Source: Fastidiosibacter lacustris
GTDB lineage: Bacteria > Pseudomonadota > Gammaproteobacteria > Francisellales > Francisellaceae
Assembly: GCF_003428155.1 (NCBI RefSeq)
Contig: NZ_QLIR01000001.1
Span: 120,001-152,000, forward strand
Direction: 5' to 3'
Length of the DNA stretch: 32,000 nt
A program made the position numbers and the translations under genes. Shown piece by piece: positions 24,908 to 32,000 of the stretch (position 1 is the first letter of the stretch; the number at the start of each line of letters is the position of its first letter). Below the pieces are notes generated by a model. That model had not been told where the DNA came from and ran no database searches. It saw only the letters and a program-made list of their open reading frames with translations.

Positions 24908-24909
24908 AT

Positions 24910-25158
24910 ATGGATATAGACGAAGAATTACAACAGAAGAAAGCTGAATTGCAGTCGATACGCGCATCGATTAACAAAGCGTTGGCTAATGCGCATATTG
25001 CGTCATATGGTGCAGCTGGTAATACGGCAAACTATCGTGATTTAAAAAACTTGCGTGTGGAAGAATCGCAACTTGCGTTTGCAGTTAAACAGTTGGAATT
25101 AATCAAAATAGGTAAAAATCCGTATGGCATTGTAACCACAAGTTTTAGGTGGCGCTGA
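24910..25158 (+). CDS. Head-tail joining / head completion protein, lambda gpW-like
   Basis: GGGGGAGGGG Shine-Dalgarno then the ATG at 24910. Small coiled protein located between TerL and portal as in lambda (A-W-B order). TGATG overlap with the portal start. Confidence 0.55.
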   Translation: MDIDEELQQKKAELQSIRASINKALANAHIASYGAAGNTANYRDLKNLRVEESQLAFAVKQLELIKIGKNPYGIVTTSFRWR

Positions 25159-26633
25159 TGGGATTATTGTCACTTTTTAGACGCTCAAAACCCTCTGGGC
25201 ACATAGGGCAAAAGTGGGCAGTTGTCTCACATCAAAGAATGTATGAGTCGGCTCGATCACAATTGATACGTGATATTTTTAGTGGTGGGGATATTGATGA
25301 GATTATCGAGTCTCAAGCCAGTGCAATTGTAAGGCGCGCCCGTGAAGCTTATGCCAATAATGATTATGTGAAAGGCTATATATCAATGGCATGCACTAAT
25401 ATCATCGGGCACAAAGGCATCCGTATCCAATGCAAAACTAAAAGCGAGATATTAAACGACAAAGTTGAGCTTGGTTTTAATCGCTGGACGCGTCGAGGCA
25501 AGTGTGATGTTACGGGGCAACTATCGCTTATTGATGTGCAATTGGCGTGTGTGCGGTCATTATTAAGGGATGGCGAGTTTTTTGTGCTAAAACATGTCAT
25601 TGACGGGCAGTTACAATTGCAATTAATTGACAACTCGCGCATCGATGTCACTAAACGCGCAAGCTTAAGCAATCGCAATAGAATTATTAACGGTATTGAG
25701 CTGAACCAATTTGGTAAGCCTCAAGCATATTATTTAGTGGCTGATGATGGTGCGGATACACAACGCATTGCGGCTAATAACATGATTCACGGCTTTATTC
25801 ACGAATTTGTTGGGCAAAAGCGCGGCATTTCGACGATTGCTACGGCGTTAATTCGATTGGGTCTACTAAAAGAGTTTGAAACGGCTGCGGTGGATAATGC
25901 CAGATGTAACGCTAAATCGATGGGCTTTTTTAATCAAGCAGAAACAGAGGTTGATTATAGCGCATTAATCGATAGAGATGGGGGCGCAGATAATAGCTTT
26001 GACATCCAAACATTGGATGATCGCGCGCAATTTCACGTCATCAAATCAGGTTACAAGCTTGAAAAGTTTGACGGGCAGTTTCCAAGCTCCAACTACGCCC
26101 CTTTTAAAGAATCAATTTTAAAAGCGATTAGCTCAAGTTTAGGCTATGGAGTGAATTACATCAATCTAGGCAATGACTTAAGTGGAGTGAGTTACTCAAG
26201 CGCAAGACAAGGGCTATTAAGCGAGCGTGATGCGTGGCGCATGCTGCAAACACTTGTTATTGACGCGCTGATGCGCCCAATTTTTGAAAGTTGGCTTGAG
26301 GTTGAGTACGCAAGTAGCAGATTGGGGAATATCAGCGTATTAAGCTTTGATAATTTAATTGACACAGTACGCTTCCAAACTCGCTCATGGGCGTGGATTG
26401 ACCCGCTAAAAGATGCCAAAGGCACCTCGGAAAGCATTAACAATCACACGATGAGCTTGTCACAAGCGATTTTAGATGCAGGTGGCGACCCTGAGGATAC
26501 CTTAAACCAGATTGCCGCTGATTTAGCGCGCTTAAAAGAGTTAGGTATCGTTAATCAAATAAGCACTGAGGGGGACATTAAAAAACAAGTAGAGGAGGGG
26601 GTAAATAATGCAGGGCTATATCAAGACGATTAA
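25158..26633 (+). CDS. Portal protein, lambda family
   Basis: Size and position fit (after gpW, before the protease). Sequence resembles the lambda gpB family (..YANNDYVKGYI......GIRIQ...). The ATG at 25158 overlaps the gpW stop. Confidence 0.8.
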   Translation: MGLLSLFRRSKPSGHIGQKWAVVSHQRMYESARSQLIRDIFSGGDIDEIIESQASAIVRRAREAYANNDYVKGYISMACTNIIGHKGIRIQCKTKSEILNDKVELGFNRWTRRGKCDVTGQLSLIDVQLACVRSLLRDGEFFVLKHVIDGQLQLQLIDNSRIDVTKRASLSNRNRIINGIELNQFGKPQAYYLVADDGADTQRIAANNMIHGFIHEFVGQKRGISTIATALIRLGLLKEFETAAVDNARCNAKSMGFFNQAETEVDYSALIDRDGGADNSFDIQTLDDRAQFHVIKSGYKLEKFDGQFPSSNYAPFKESILKAISSSLGYGVNYINLGNDLSGVSYSSARQGLLSERDAWRMLQTLVIDALMRPIFESWLEVEYASSRLGNISVLSFDNLIDTVRFQTRSWAWIDPLKDAKGTSESINNHTMSLSQAILDAGGDPEDTLNQIAADLARLKELGIVNQISTEGDIKKQVEEGVNNAGLYQDD

Positions 26634-28509
26634 AGAAGCGGAAGTTTTGACACGTGATTACACATTTAACGCCACGCATAGCAAGATTGACGTGGATGAG
26701 CGCACGGTTGAGCTCAGTTTCTCGAGCAATACGCCTTATCAGCGCTGGCAAGATGCCAATGAGGTATTAGAGCATCGCGCGGGAGCAATTGATTTATCGC
26801 GTTTAAACAACAAAGGCGCTCTGCTCGTTAATCATGATTGGAATCGTCAAATAGGGGTGGTGGAGCATGCTTATATAGATGGGGATAAAGCGCGCGCGGT
26901 GGTTAAATTTTCCAAGCGTCAAGAGGCACAGGATTTTTTCCAGGATGTCCAAGATGGGATTATTGCCAATGTTTCCGTTGGCTATAAAGTCGACAGAGCG
27001 GAGCCTGACCATACCAACAAAGCGGTGAGAGTTACTCGCTGGCAGCCGTTTGAAATTTCATTGGTTAGTGTGCCTGCCGATGTTACGGTCGGCATTGGAC
27101 GCAATCTTGCACAAAATAACAACAATGACGTTGCTGAACTAAAATCGGCTTTAAATCAAGTAAACCAAAACGTAAATAATATCAATCCAGAGGGGGAGAG
27201 AATGAACCAAGAAGCAAGAGAAGTTAAAACAGAGCCACAAGTCACACGCTCATTTGATGAGGGGTTAAAAGATGGAGTTAAAAATGAGCGTGAGCGTATA
27301 GCAAAAATTGATGCACTGGCGCGCGAGTTTAAGCAAGCGGACTTTGCCCGAAGCTACATCGATAATGGTACAGGCTTTGAGACATTTCAGAAAGATTTAC
27401 TCTTACATGTACAGTCCACACAAAGAGAACGATTAAAAATGTTGGAAAGTCAAAGCCCACAAGTCAATGCGGTGCAATCCTGTGCTAATAATATCGGGAT
27501 GAATGACAAAGAAACGCGAGAGTTTAGTCTCTCACGTGCAGTGCGTGCATTGGTGAATCCATTTGATATAAAAGCGCGTGAGGCTGCCAGTTTTGAGTTT
27601 GAGGCGTCCGATGCCGCAAAGCGTAAGCTTGGCATTAATGATGATTCGCTTATGATCCCGCCAGATGTGTTACAGCGTGATTTTAGTATTGCCACTGGCG
27701 GTAATGCATTAGTCCCAACGCAACTACAGGCGTCTAGTTTTATTGATATGTTACGCAATAAATCGATTATGCTGAGCATTGCACGGAGATTATCGGGCTT
27801 GCGAGGCAATATAGATATTCCGCGCCAAGTGGAAGGGTCTAATATTTACTGGGTGGGTGAGAATCAGGATGTTGGCGAAGGTAAGGTCACCACTGACCAG
27901 ATTCATTTAACGCCTAAAACTCTGGGAGCTTACCTAGAAGTCTCGCGTATGCTGATGATTAATAGCTCACTAGATGCTGAAACCATGGTGCGCAATGACT
28001 TGTTGGCAGCTGTGGCATTGGGGATTGATACGGCAGCATTATATGGCACAGGCAGCAATCATCAACCGTTAGGTTTGACGGGGGTTAGCGGCATCACGGC
28101 AGTTGAATACACTGGGGACAGTCCGTCTTTAGCGGATTATATCGGCTTAGAAACCAGTATTGCGTTACAAAATGCCGATGTTGCTAACATGCGTTATCTC
28201 TTGAACCCTGCACTAAGGGGCGCAGCTAAAACCACGCCAAGATTACCAGGCAGTGAAATGACGGTGTGGGAGCCAGGTAACACTATTAACGGTTATACGG
28301 TAGAGGTTACTAATCAGATTAAAGCCAAGCAGGTTATTTTTGGTGATTTTAGTCAGTTAATTATTGGGCTGTGGGATGGTTTGCGTTTGACCGTAAACCC
28401 TTATAGCTTGGACAAATCAGGTGGTATTCGTTTGGTCGTGATGCAAAGCGTGGATTTTGCCGTGCGCCGCCCTGAGTCGTTTGCGATTGCCAACAAAAAA
28501 ATAGTATAA
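26608..28509 (+). CDS. Fusion of HK97-family prohead protease (S78/U35), a coiled-coil scaffold-like linker and an HK97-fold major capsid protein
   Basis: The N-terminus LLVNHDWNRQIGVV...ANVSVGYKV...FEISLVSVPAD carries the protease His/Ser motifs. The C-terminal half has HK97 MCP-like segments (...IPRQV...LEVSRMLMINSS.. LYGTGSNHQPLGL). An in-frame ATG at 27202 is preceded by GAGGGGGAG. Confidence 0.8.
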   Translation: MQGYIKTIKEAEVLTRDYTFNATHSKIDVDERTVELSFSSNTPYQRWQDANEVLEHRAGAIDLSRLNNKGALLVNHDWNRQIGVVEHAYIDGDKARAVVKFSKRQEAQDFFQDVQDGIIANVSVGYKVDRAEPDHTNKAVRVTRWQPFEISLVSVPADVTVGIGRNLAQNNNNDVAELKSALNQVNQNVNNINPEGERMNQEAREVKTEPQVTRSFDEGLKDGVKNERERIAKIDALAREFKQADFARSYIDNGTGFETFQKDLLLHVQSTQRERLKMLESQSPQVNAVQSCANNIGMNDKETREFSLSRAVRALVNPFDIKAREAASFEFEASDAAKRKLGINDDSLMIPPDVLQRDFSIATGGNALVPTQLQASSFIDMLRNKSIMLSIARRLSGLRGNIDIPRQVEGSNIYWVGENQDVGEGKVTTDQIHLTPKTLGAYLEVSRMLMINSSLDAETMVRNDLLAAVALGIDTAALYGTGSNHQPLGLTGVSGITAVEYTGDSPSLADYIGLETSIALQNADVANMRYLLNPALRGAAKTTPRLPGSEMTVWEPGNTINGYTVEVTNQIKAKQVIFGDFSQLIIGLWDGLRLTVNPYSLDKSGGIRLVVMQSVDFAVRRPESFAIANKKIV

Positions 28510-28519
28510 GGGGCTAAAA

Positions 28520-28741
28520 ATGAAGGTAGAGTTGTTGCGATCCATTGTTGCTGCAGGTCAAGCGCGTAAGGTGGGGGATGTGGTGGAATTAAGTGCGCAT
28601 GAGTTTGATTTTTTAGCTAGTCGCGGACTTGTTAAGGAGGTTGCTAAAAATTTACTAAACGATGAAGAGCGACCTCAAGATGTGGAGGAGGATAAAAAGC
28701 TTGTATCACGTAAAGCAAGCAGCAAAAAGGCGGACAAATAA
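28520..28741 (+). CDS. Hypothetical small head-module protein
   Basis: 73-aa ORF directly after the capsid gene. Confidence 0.5.
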   Translation: MKVELLRSIVAAGQARKVGDVVELSAHEFDFLASRGLVKEVAKNLLNDEERPQDVEEDKKLVSRKASSKKADK

Positions 28742-28744
28742 ACG

Positions 28745-29065
28745 ATGGCAGTTTATCTGGACAGCTTTGATTGTCTGTTTAATGATTTTGGTGAGCCTGT
28801 ACGCGTTGAGCGTACAGGGGACGAGTTAATTATTAAGCATGAACTGATAGAAAGCCTGCACGATTTGAGTTTGGCTAAATATAAAAACTGCTCAGGTGTG
28901 GCATGGCTTAAATTTATTGACAAAAACAAAATCGAGCGGCATGACATGCTGACATTATTAAACAGTGCACAGACGTATCGCGTCGAGCATAAGATGCTAG
29001 AGGGCGGTGGACTGGTCAAACTGATTTTAAGTGATGCGGTAAATAATGAGTATATCGATTTCTAA
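28745..29065 (+). CDS. Possible head-tail connector (lambda FII-like)
   Basis: The N-terminal FDCLFNDFGEPV and the C-terminal ..TYRVEHKMLEGGGLVKLIL pattern loosely resemble FII-type head-tail joining proteins. Position is consistent. Confidence 0.4.
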   Translation: MAVYLDSFDCLFNDFGEPVRVERTGDELIIKHELIESLHDLSLAKYKNCSGVAWLKFIDKNKIERHDMLTLLNSAQTYRVEHKMLEGGGLVKLILSDAVNNEYIDF

Positions 29066-29549
29066 GTCAGAGGCATTTGCTATTGCTGATGCGATAGGTG
29101 GCATACAAGCAACTGAGAAAGAGCTTGCTAATGCTTATCACCAATCCATAGGGCGTGCGGTGAATTATACCAATAAGCGCGTAACGCATGAAATAGCCAG
29201 CCGTTTAGATATTCCGTTAAAGTTATTAAGAAAACGACTGTTTGTTTTTAAGCAAGCGGACCAAAATCGCACTTACAAGGTTTGGGCAGGTTTAAATGAT
29301 TTGCCATTAGATGCTCTCGGCAAACCGAGAAAAAGTGGTGCTGACGTGATTGTGAAAGGTATTACAGCAAGCAATGCCTATATCACAAAAGCAGGACGTG
29401 TGCGCTTGCGTGGTACAAGTGAACTAGCAGTGCTGCCAATTGATGAAGCAGCAGAAGATTTGCTACAGAAGCTATTGCCTTACTACTTTTATTATTACTT
29501 TGAGAAAGAGTTCACCCGGTTGGTTAAATTTAAGTTTGGTGGCAATTGA
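29046..29549 (+). CDS. Possible tail completion protein (lambda gpZ-like)
   Basis: Layout resembles the gpZ family (..IGRAVNYTNKRVTHEIASRLDIPLKLLRKRLFVFKQA....KVWAGLNDLPLDALG). This is a weak by-eye match. Confidence 0.35.
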   Translation: MSISISKSEAFAIADAIGGIQATEKELANAYHQSIGRAVNYTNKRVTHEIASRLDIPLKLLRKRLFVFKQADQNRTYKVWAGLNDLPLDALGKPRKSGADVIVKGITASNAYITKAGRVRLRGTSELAVLPIDEAAEDLLQKLLPYYFYYYFEKEFTRLVKFKFGGN

Positions 29550-30031
29550 TGAAAAACAGCATACGAAATACGCGCGCATTAAGCGAGCATATATTAAACA
29601 CATTACAAACACATGAACCGCGCATTGATTGGCAATTATATCCTGATGTGCAAACACTTAATGGGGTTAAGTTACCACTGGCGCATTTAGAGCTACAAAG
29701 CTTTGACTTAACGCCAAAAATCACCACGGATTTAAATACCGTTGAATGCACTTTTGCATTGCGTTTGTTGTTTAATGACACGTCCCTTGGGCAGCTTAAT
29801 ATTCGTGATGCAGCGCTTGCACTCAGTACATTTATTGATGGTAATTATTTTAAAAGCGAACAATTAGAGGCTGCGCAAGTCATTGCCAACCAACAGGACT
29901 TTTTTGCGCCAGAAGTGGACGGTTATATCAGTTGGGAAATCCTGTTTTTAATCCGTTTTTACTATGGTGATTCGGTATACGAAGAAAATGGCGCCTCGCC
30001 TGATGTTGAAGTAAATAGCAATCTGGATTAG
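29549..30031 (+). CDS. Hypothetical neck/tail morphogenesis protein
   Basis: ORF whose ATG overlaps the upstream stop (TGATG). It sits between the head completion and baseplate genes. Confidence 0.45.
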   Translation: MKNSIRNTRALSEHILNTLQTHEPRIDWQLYPDVQTLNGVKLPLAHLELQSFDLTPKITTDLNTVECTFALRLLFNDTSLGQLNIRDAALALSTFIDGNYFKSEQLEAAQVIANQQDFFAPEVDGYISWEILFLIRFYYGDSVYEENGASPDVEVNSNLD

Positions 30032-30033
30032 CG

Positions 30034-30741
30034 ATGGACGTGATGCAATACTTAACAGACATGCAACGGCGTTTAAATAATTTGGTTCGCGTGGGTACAG
30101 TTATTGAGACAAATGACACACGCTTAAAGGTAAAGTTGGGCGATAATAGCACGGGGTGGCTGCCGTGGGTGACACAAAGAACAGGGGATTGCGTCACATG
30201 GTGGAAGCCGTCCGTTGGTGAACAGGTGCTTGTTTTAAGTCCCTCTGGTGAGTTAAATAATGGTATTGTGCTACCTGCCATTTACACTAAAAATCAACCA
30301 ACACTAAACCAAAATGAGCACACAACGGTTTACAAAGATGGCACTCGTATTAGCTATGATTATGCGCAAAAGAAGCTATCTGTAAATTGCGTTGGTGATA
30401 TTGAAATCACAGCCGCTAAGATGCTCACTGCCGATATTACAGACTCGGTAACCATTAAAGGTGCTAAGACACTCAGCATTGATTTTGCGGGCAATATTGA
30501 CATCAAAACACCCACGCAAGTCAAAATTGATGCGCCTAATATGATTTGCACGGGCAACTTGTTAGTACAAGGTGGTTTAACGTATATGCAAGGCATGACA
30601 GGCTACAACCAAGGCGGTGGTAAAACGGCAACCATTCAAGGGGCGATTAATGTAACTGATGATGTGGTCGCTGGTGGCATCTCACTTAAAGGGCATATGC
30701 ATACTGGGGATAGTGGCGGTAGTACGTCAGCACCAAAATAA
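30034..30741 (+). CDS. Baseplate assembly protein V (P2 gpV-like central spike)
   Basis: LVRVGTVIETNDTRLKVKLGDNSTGWLPWVTQRTGDCVTWWKPSVGEQVLVLSPSGELNNGIVLPAIY is the typical gpV N-terminal OB fold, with a C-terminal beta-helix-type repeat region. Confidence 0.8.
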   Translation: MDVMQYLTDMQRRLNNLVRVGTVIETNDTRLKVKLGDNSTGWLPWVTQRTGDCVTWWKPSVGEQVLVLSPSGELNNGIVLPAIYTKNQPTLNQNEHTTVYKDGTRISYDYAQKKLSVNCVGDIEITAAKMLTADITDSVTIKGAKTLSIDFAGNIDIKTPTQVKIDAPNMICTGNLLVQGGLTYMQGMTGYNQGGGKTATIQGAINVTDDVVAGGISLKGHMHTGDSGGSTSAPK

Positions 30742-30754
30742 AAAACAATTACTT

Positions 30755-30854
30755 ATTAAAAACCACGCTGTTTATTAAAACAGCGACTTATATTAAATTT
30801 TAATAACAAACGAAAGTTTCAATCCAACACTATATTAACTGTTAATATAGCGAC
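30755..30854 (-). CRISPR. Type I-C-like CRISPR repeat unit, 28-nt spacer-like segment and degenerate terminal unit
   Basis: Minus strand GTCGCTATATTAACAGTTAATATAGTGTTGGATTGAAAC (30854-30816), then TTTCGTTTGTTATTAAAATTTAATATAA (30815-30788), then GTCGCTGTTTTAATAAACAGCGTGGTTTTTAAT (30787-30755). Confidence 0.5.
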
Positions 30855-30923
30855 CAAATCATTAAACATTATTTATTTTTTTTTGCAAGTTTTTTTTAGC
30901 CTTTCGGTGCTATTGTAACTATT

Positions 30924-31193
30924 TTAGAACCGACGTAGATCATTCCATGCTGCCTCGATGATTCGCTTAACAGTTTCGTACATTAAATTACTATCTTTAC
31001 CCTGATAGCCAAACGAATTAACAAAGGTTGAAAAGGTAAGCTCATCTCCTGTCTTAGTTGACCATTTGCTAAAGGCATGCGCAATAGCAATTGCTTTGCT
31101 CTGAAATGCTTTCGCTGCATCATATTGTGCTAGTTTTTCACGCCGCGATTGAATTATTTCTATTTCATCTTGTGTCAATTCATTGATTTTCAT
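30924..31193 (-). CDS. Hypothetical 89-aa protein (copy 2)
   Basis: Identical translation to 22512..22781. Confidence 0.6.
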   Translation of the reverse strand: MKINELTQDEIEIIQSRREKLAQYDAAKAFQSKAIAIAHAFSKWSTKTGDELTFSTFVNSFGYQGKDSNLMYETVKRIIEAAWNDLRRF

Positions 31194-31205
31194 ATTTTTC
31201 TACTC

Positions 31206-31529
31206 TTATCCCCAAATCATCTTGTGCTCCAATTTGTCAACATACTTAATAGACACGGCAAGTTTTAAAATTTCCCTAAGCGCATCTCTTTCTGTGAGGC
31301 ACCATTCATGTCTGTCTCGCACTGTAGGCATGACATTAATACCTGCATAATCCCCGCCAACAAACTCGGCTACCCATTGCTCTGGGTAATCGTATAGTTT
31401 GGCTGGGAATAATCCAAAAGCAGGGACATCATCTTGATTGTCTTTAAGTTTGACTAATCTAATCACTCCAAAAAAAGTTTCGATTTCTTTCGTTTCGATT
31501 ATTAGCTGCTCTTCAAATATTGTTCTCAT
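31206..31529 (-). CDS. Hypothetical 107-aa protein (intact copy)
   Basis: ATG preceded by GGAG and the repeated promoter/leader. MRTIFEEQLIIETKEIETFFGVIRLVKL... No family recognised. Confidence 0.6.
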   Translation of the reverse strand: MRTIFEEQLIIETKEIETFFGVIRLVKLKDNQDDVPAFGLFPAKLYDYPEQWVAEFVGGDYAGINVMPTVRDRHEWCLTERDALREILKLAVSIKYVDKLEHKMIWG

Positions 31530-31601
31530 TTTTTAACTCCTATTTTTATTGCCTGCTCACGTGAGGCTTTCCGCTACCAGGTCCGTCCTGGTATGTTTGT
31601 T

Positions 31602-31630
31602 ATTATATGGCGTTACGCCATGTAAAGCAA
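31602..31630 (-). promoter_or_regulatory. Strong sigma70-type promoter, copy 3
   Basis: -35 TTGCTT at 31630-31625, a 17-nt spacer containing TGGCGTAACGCCA, and -10 TATAAT at 31607-31602. Confidence 0.7.
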
Positions 31631-31760
31631 GTGGTTTTTAAAAAAATATTAAGTTTTTTTGGATAATGATGGTTAGTAGTCAATCAAATAATCCCGCACA
31701 ATCTTAACTCATATTTAGCCCCATTCTTGATCTATACCATCGGGGGAGGGTCTAAAAATA

Positions 31761-32000
31761 ATGAGAGGGGTAGACCGTTTTACAGGACGTGCCATTGATG
31801 ATATTGAGCACGTCCAGCAATCAATTAGAGATATTTTAACCACGCCAATTGGGACGCGTGTAATGCTGCGTAACTATGGCAGTCGTTTGTTTGATTTTAT
31901 TGACAAACCGATGAATAACCAAACGATTGTACAAGTGATATTAGCAGCAGCGCAAGCTATTGATACATGGGAGCCAAGGGTCAAACTTACGCGCGTTGTG
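31761..32000 (+). CDS. Baseplate protein W (GPW/gp25 family), N-terminal part (runs off the right edge)
   Basis: MRGVDRFTGRAIDDIEHVQQSIRDILTTPIGTRVMLRNYGSRLFDFIDKP matches the gp25/GPW signature. Confidence 0.8.
   Translation, partial: MRGVDRFTGRAIDDIEHVQQSIRDILTTPIGTRVMLRNYGSRLFDFIDKPMNNQTIVQVILAAAQAIDTWEPRVKLTRVV

Larger units (their letters stand above)
30742..31750 (-). repeat. Cassette copy 2 (complete module) inserted between baseplate V and W
   Basis: Matches 22251-23241 (left and middle parts) and 24695-24907 (promoter plus outer arm). It starts 1 nt after the gpV stop and ends 10 nt before the baseplate W ATG. Confidence 0.85.
10990..32000 (+). mobile_element. Prophage (partial; continues beyond the right edge): lambda-like packaging/head module with P2-like contractile-tail baseplate genes
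   Basis: Contiguous plus-strand replication, recombination, methylase, terminase, portal, capsid and baseplate genes. No integrase or repressor is seen at the left end. Confidence 0.9.

Overview
AT-rich gammaproteobacterial-type window in three blocks. (1) 1-4889 is core chromosome: the 5' part of an mltA-like lytic transglycosylase (minus strand), the heat-shock genes grpE, dnaK and dnaJ with sigma32-like promoters, and tRNA-Arg(CCG). (2) 4890-10600 is a small accessory islet downstream of the tRNA. It holds hicA (frameshifted) and hicB, a secreted Cys-rich peptide fused to a Hedgehog/intein-type Hint domain, a GNAT gene remnant, an RHH antitoxin with a YafQ/RelE toxin, then a minus-strand block of MFS sugar porter, LuxR-family regulator and transaldolase-like aldolase. 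(3) 10990-32000 is the plus-strand part of a prophage. Its genes run from replisome organizer through HTH proteins, RecT, Gp157, RusA, an SSB-tail protein, a ParB-nuclease/DNA-methyltransferase fusion and Nu1-like TerS with GpA-family TerL. They continue with gpW head joining protein, lambda-family portal, a prohead protease-scaffold-HK97 capsid fusion, neck proteins, baseplate V and baseplate W. The most unusual content is two antisense (minus-strand) insertions in normally tight structural-gene junctions: TerL|gpW at 21832-24909 and baseplate V|W at 30742-31760. Both are built from the same near-identical module. The module has a strong sigma70 promoter with a palindrome in its spacer and a structured leader (three copies), small unknown ORFs (one pair duplicated, one copy broken at a T7/T8 tract), and a larger ORF translationally coupled to a small XRE-HTH gene. 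It also carries hairpin units whose flanks match the type I-C CRISPR repeat (GTCGC-stem-loop-stem-GCG-TTGGATTGAAAC). These units sit in tiny arrays where the hairpin stems vary with compensating changes and the spacer-like segments stay conserved, and no cas genes are in the window. My leading hypothesis is a phage anti-CRISPR/anti-defence locus with acr-aca-like genes plus CRISPR-repeat-mimic RNAs or a mini-array. This is inference from sequence alone.
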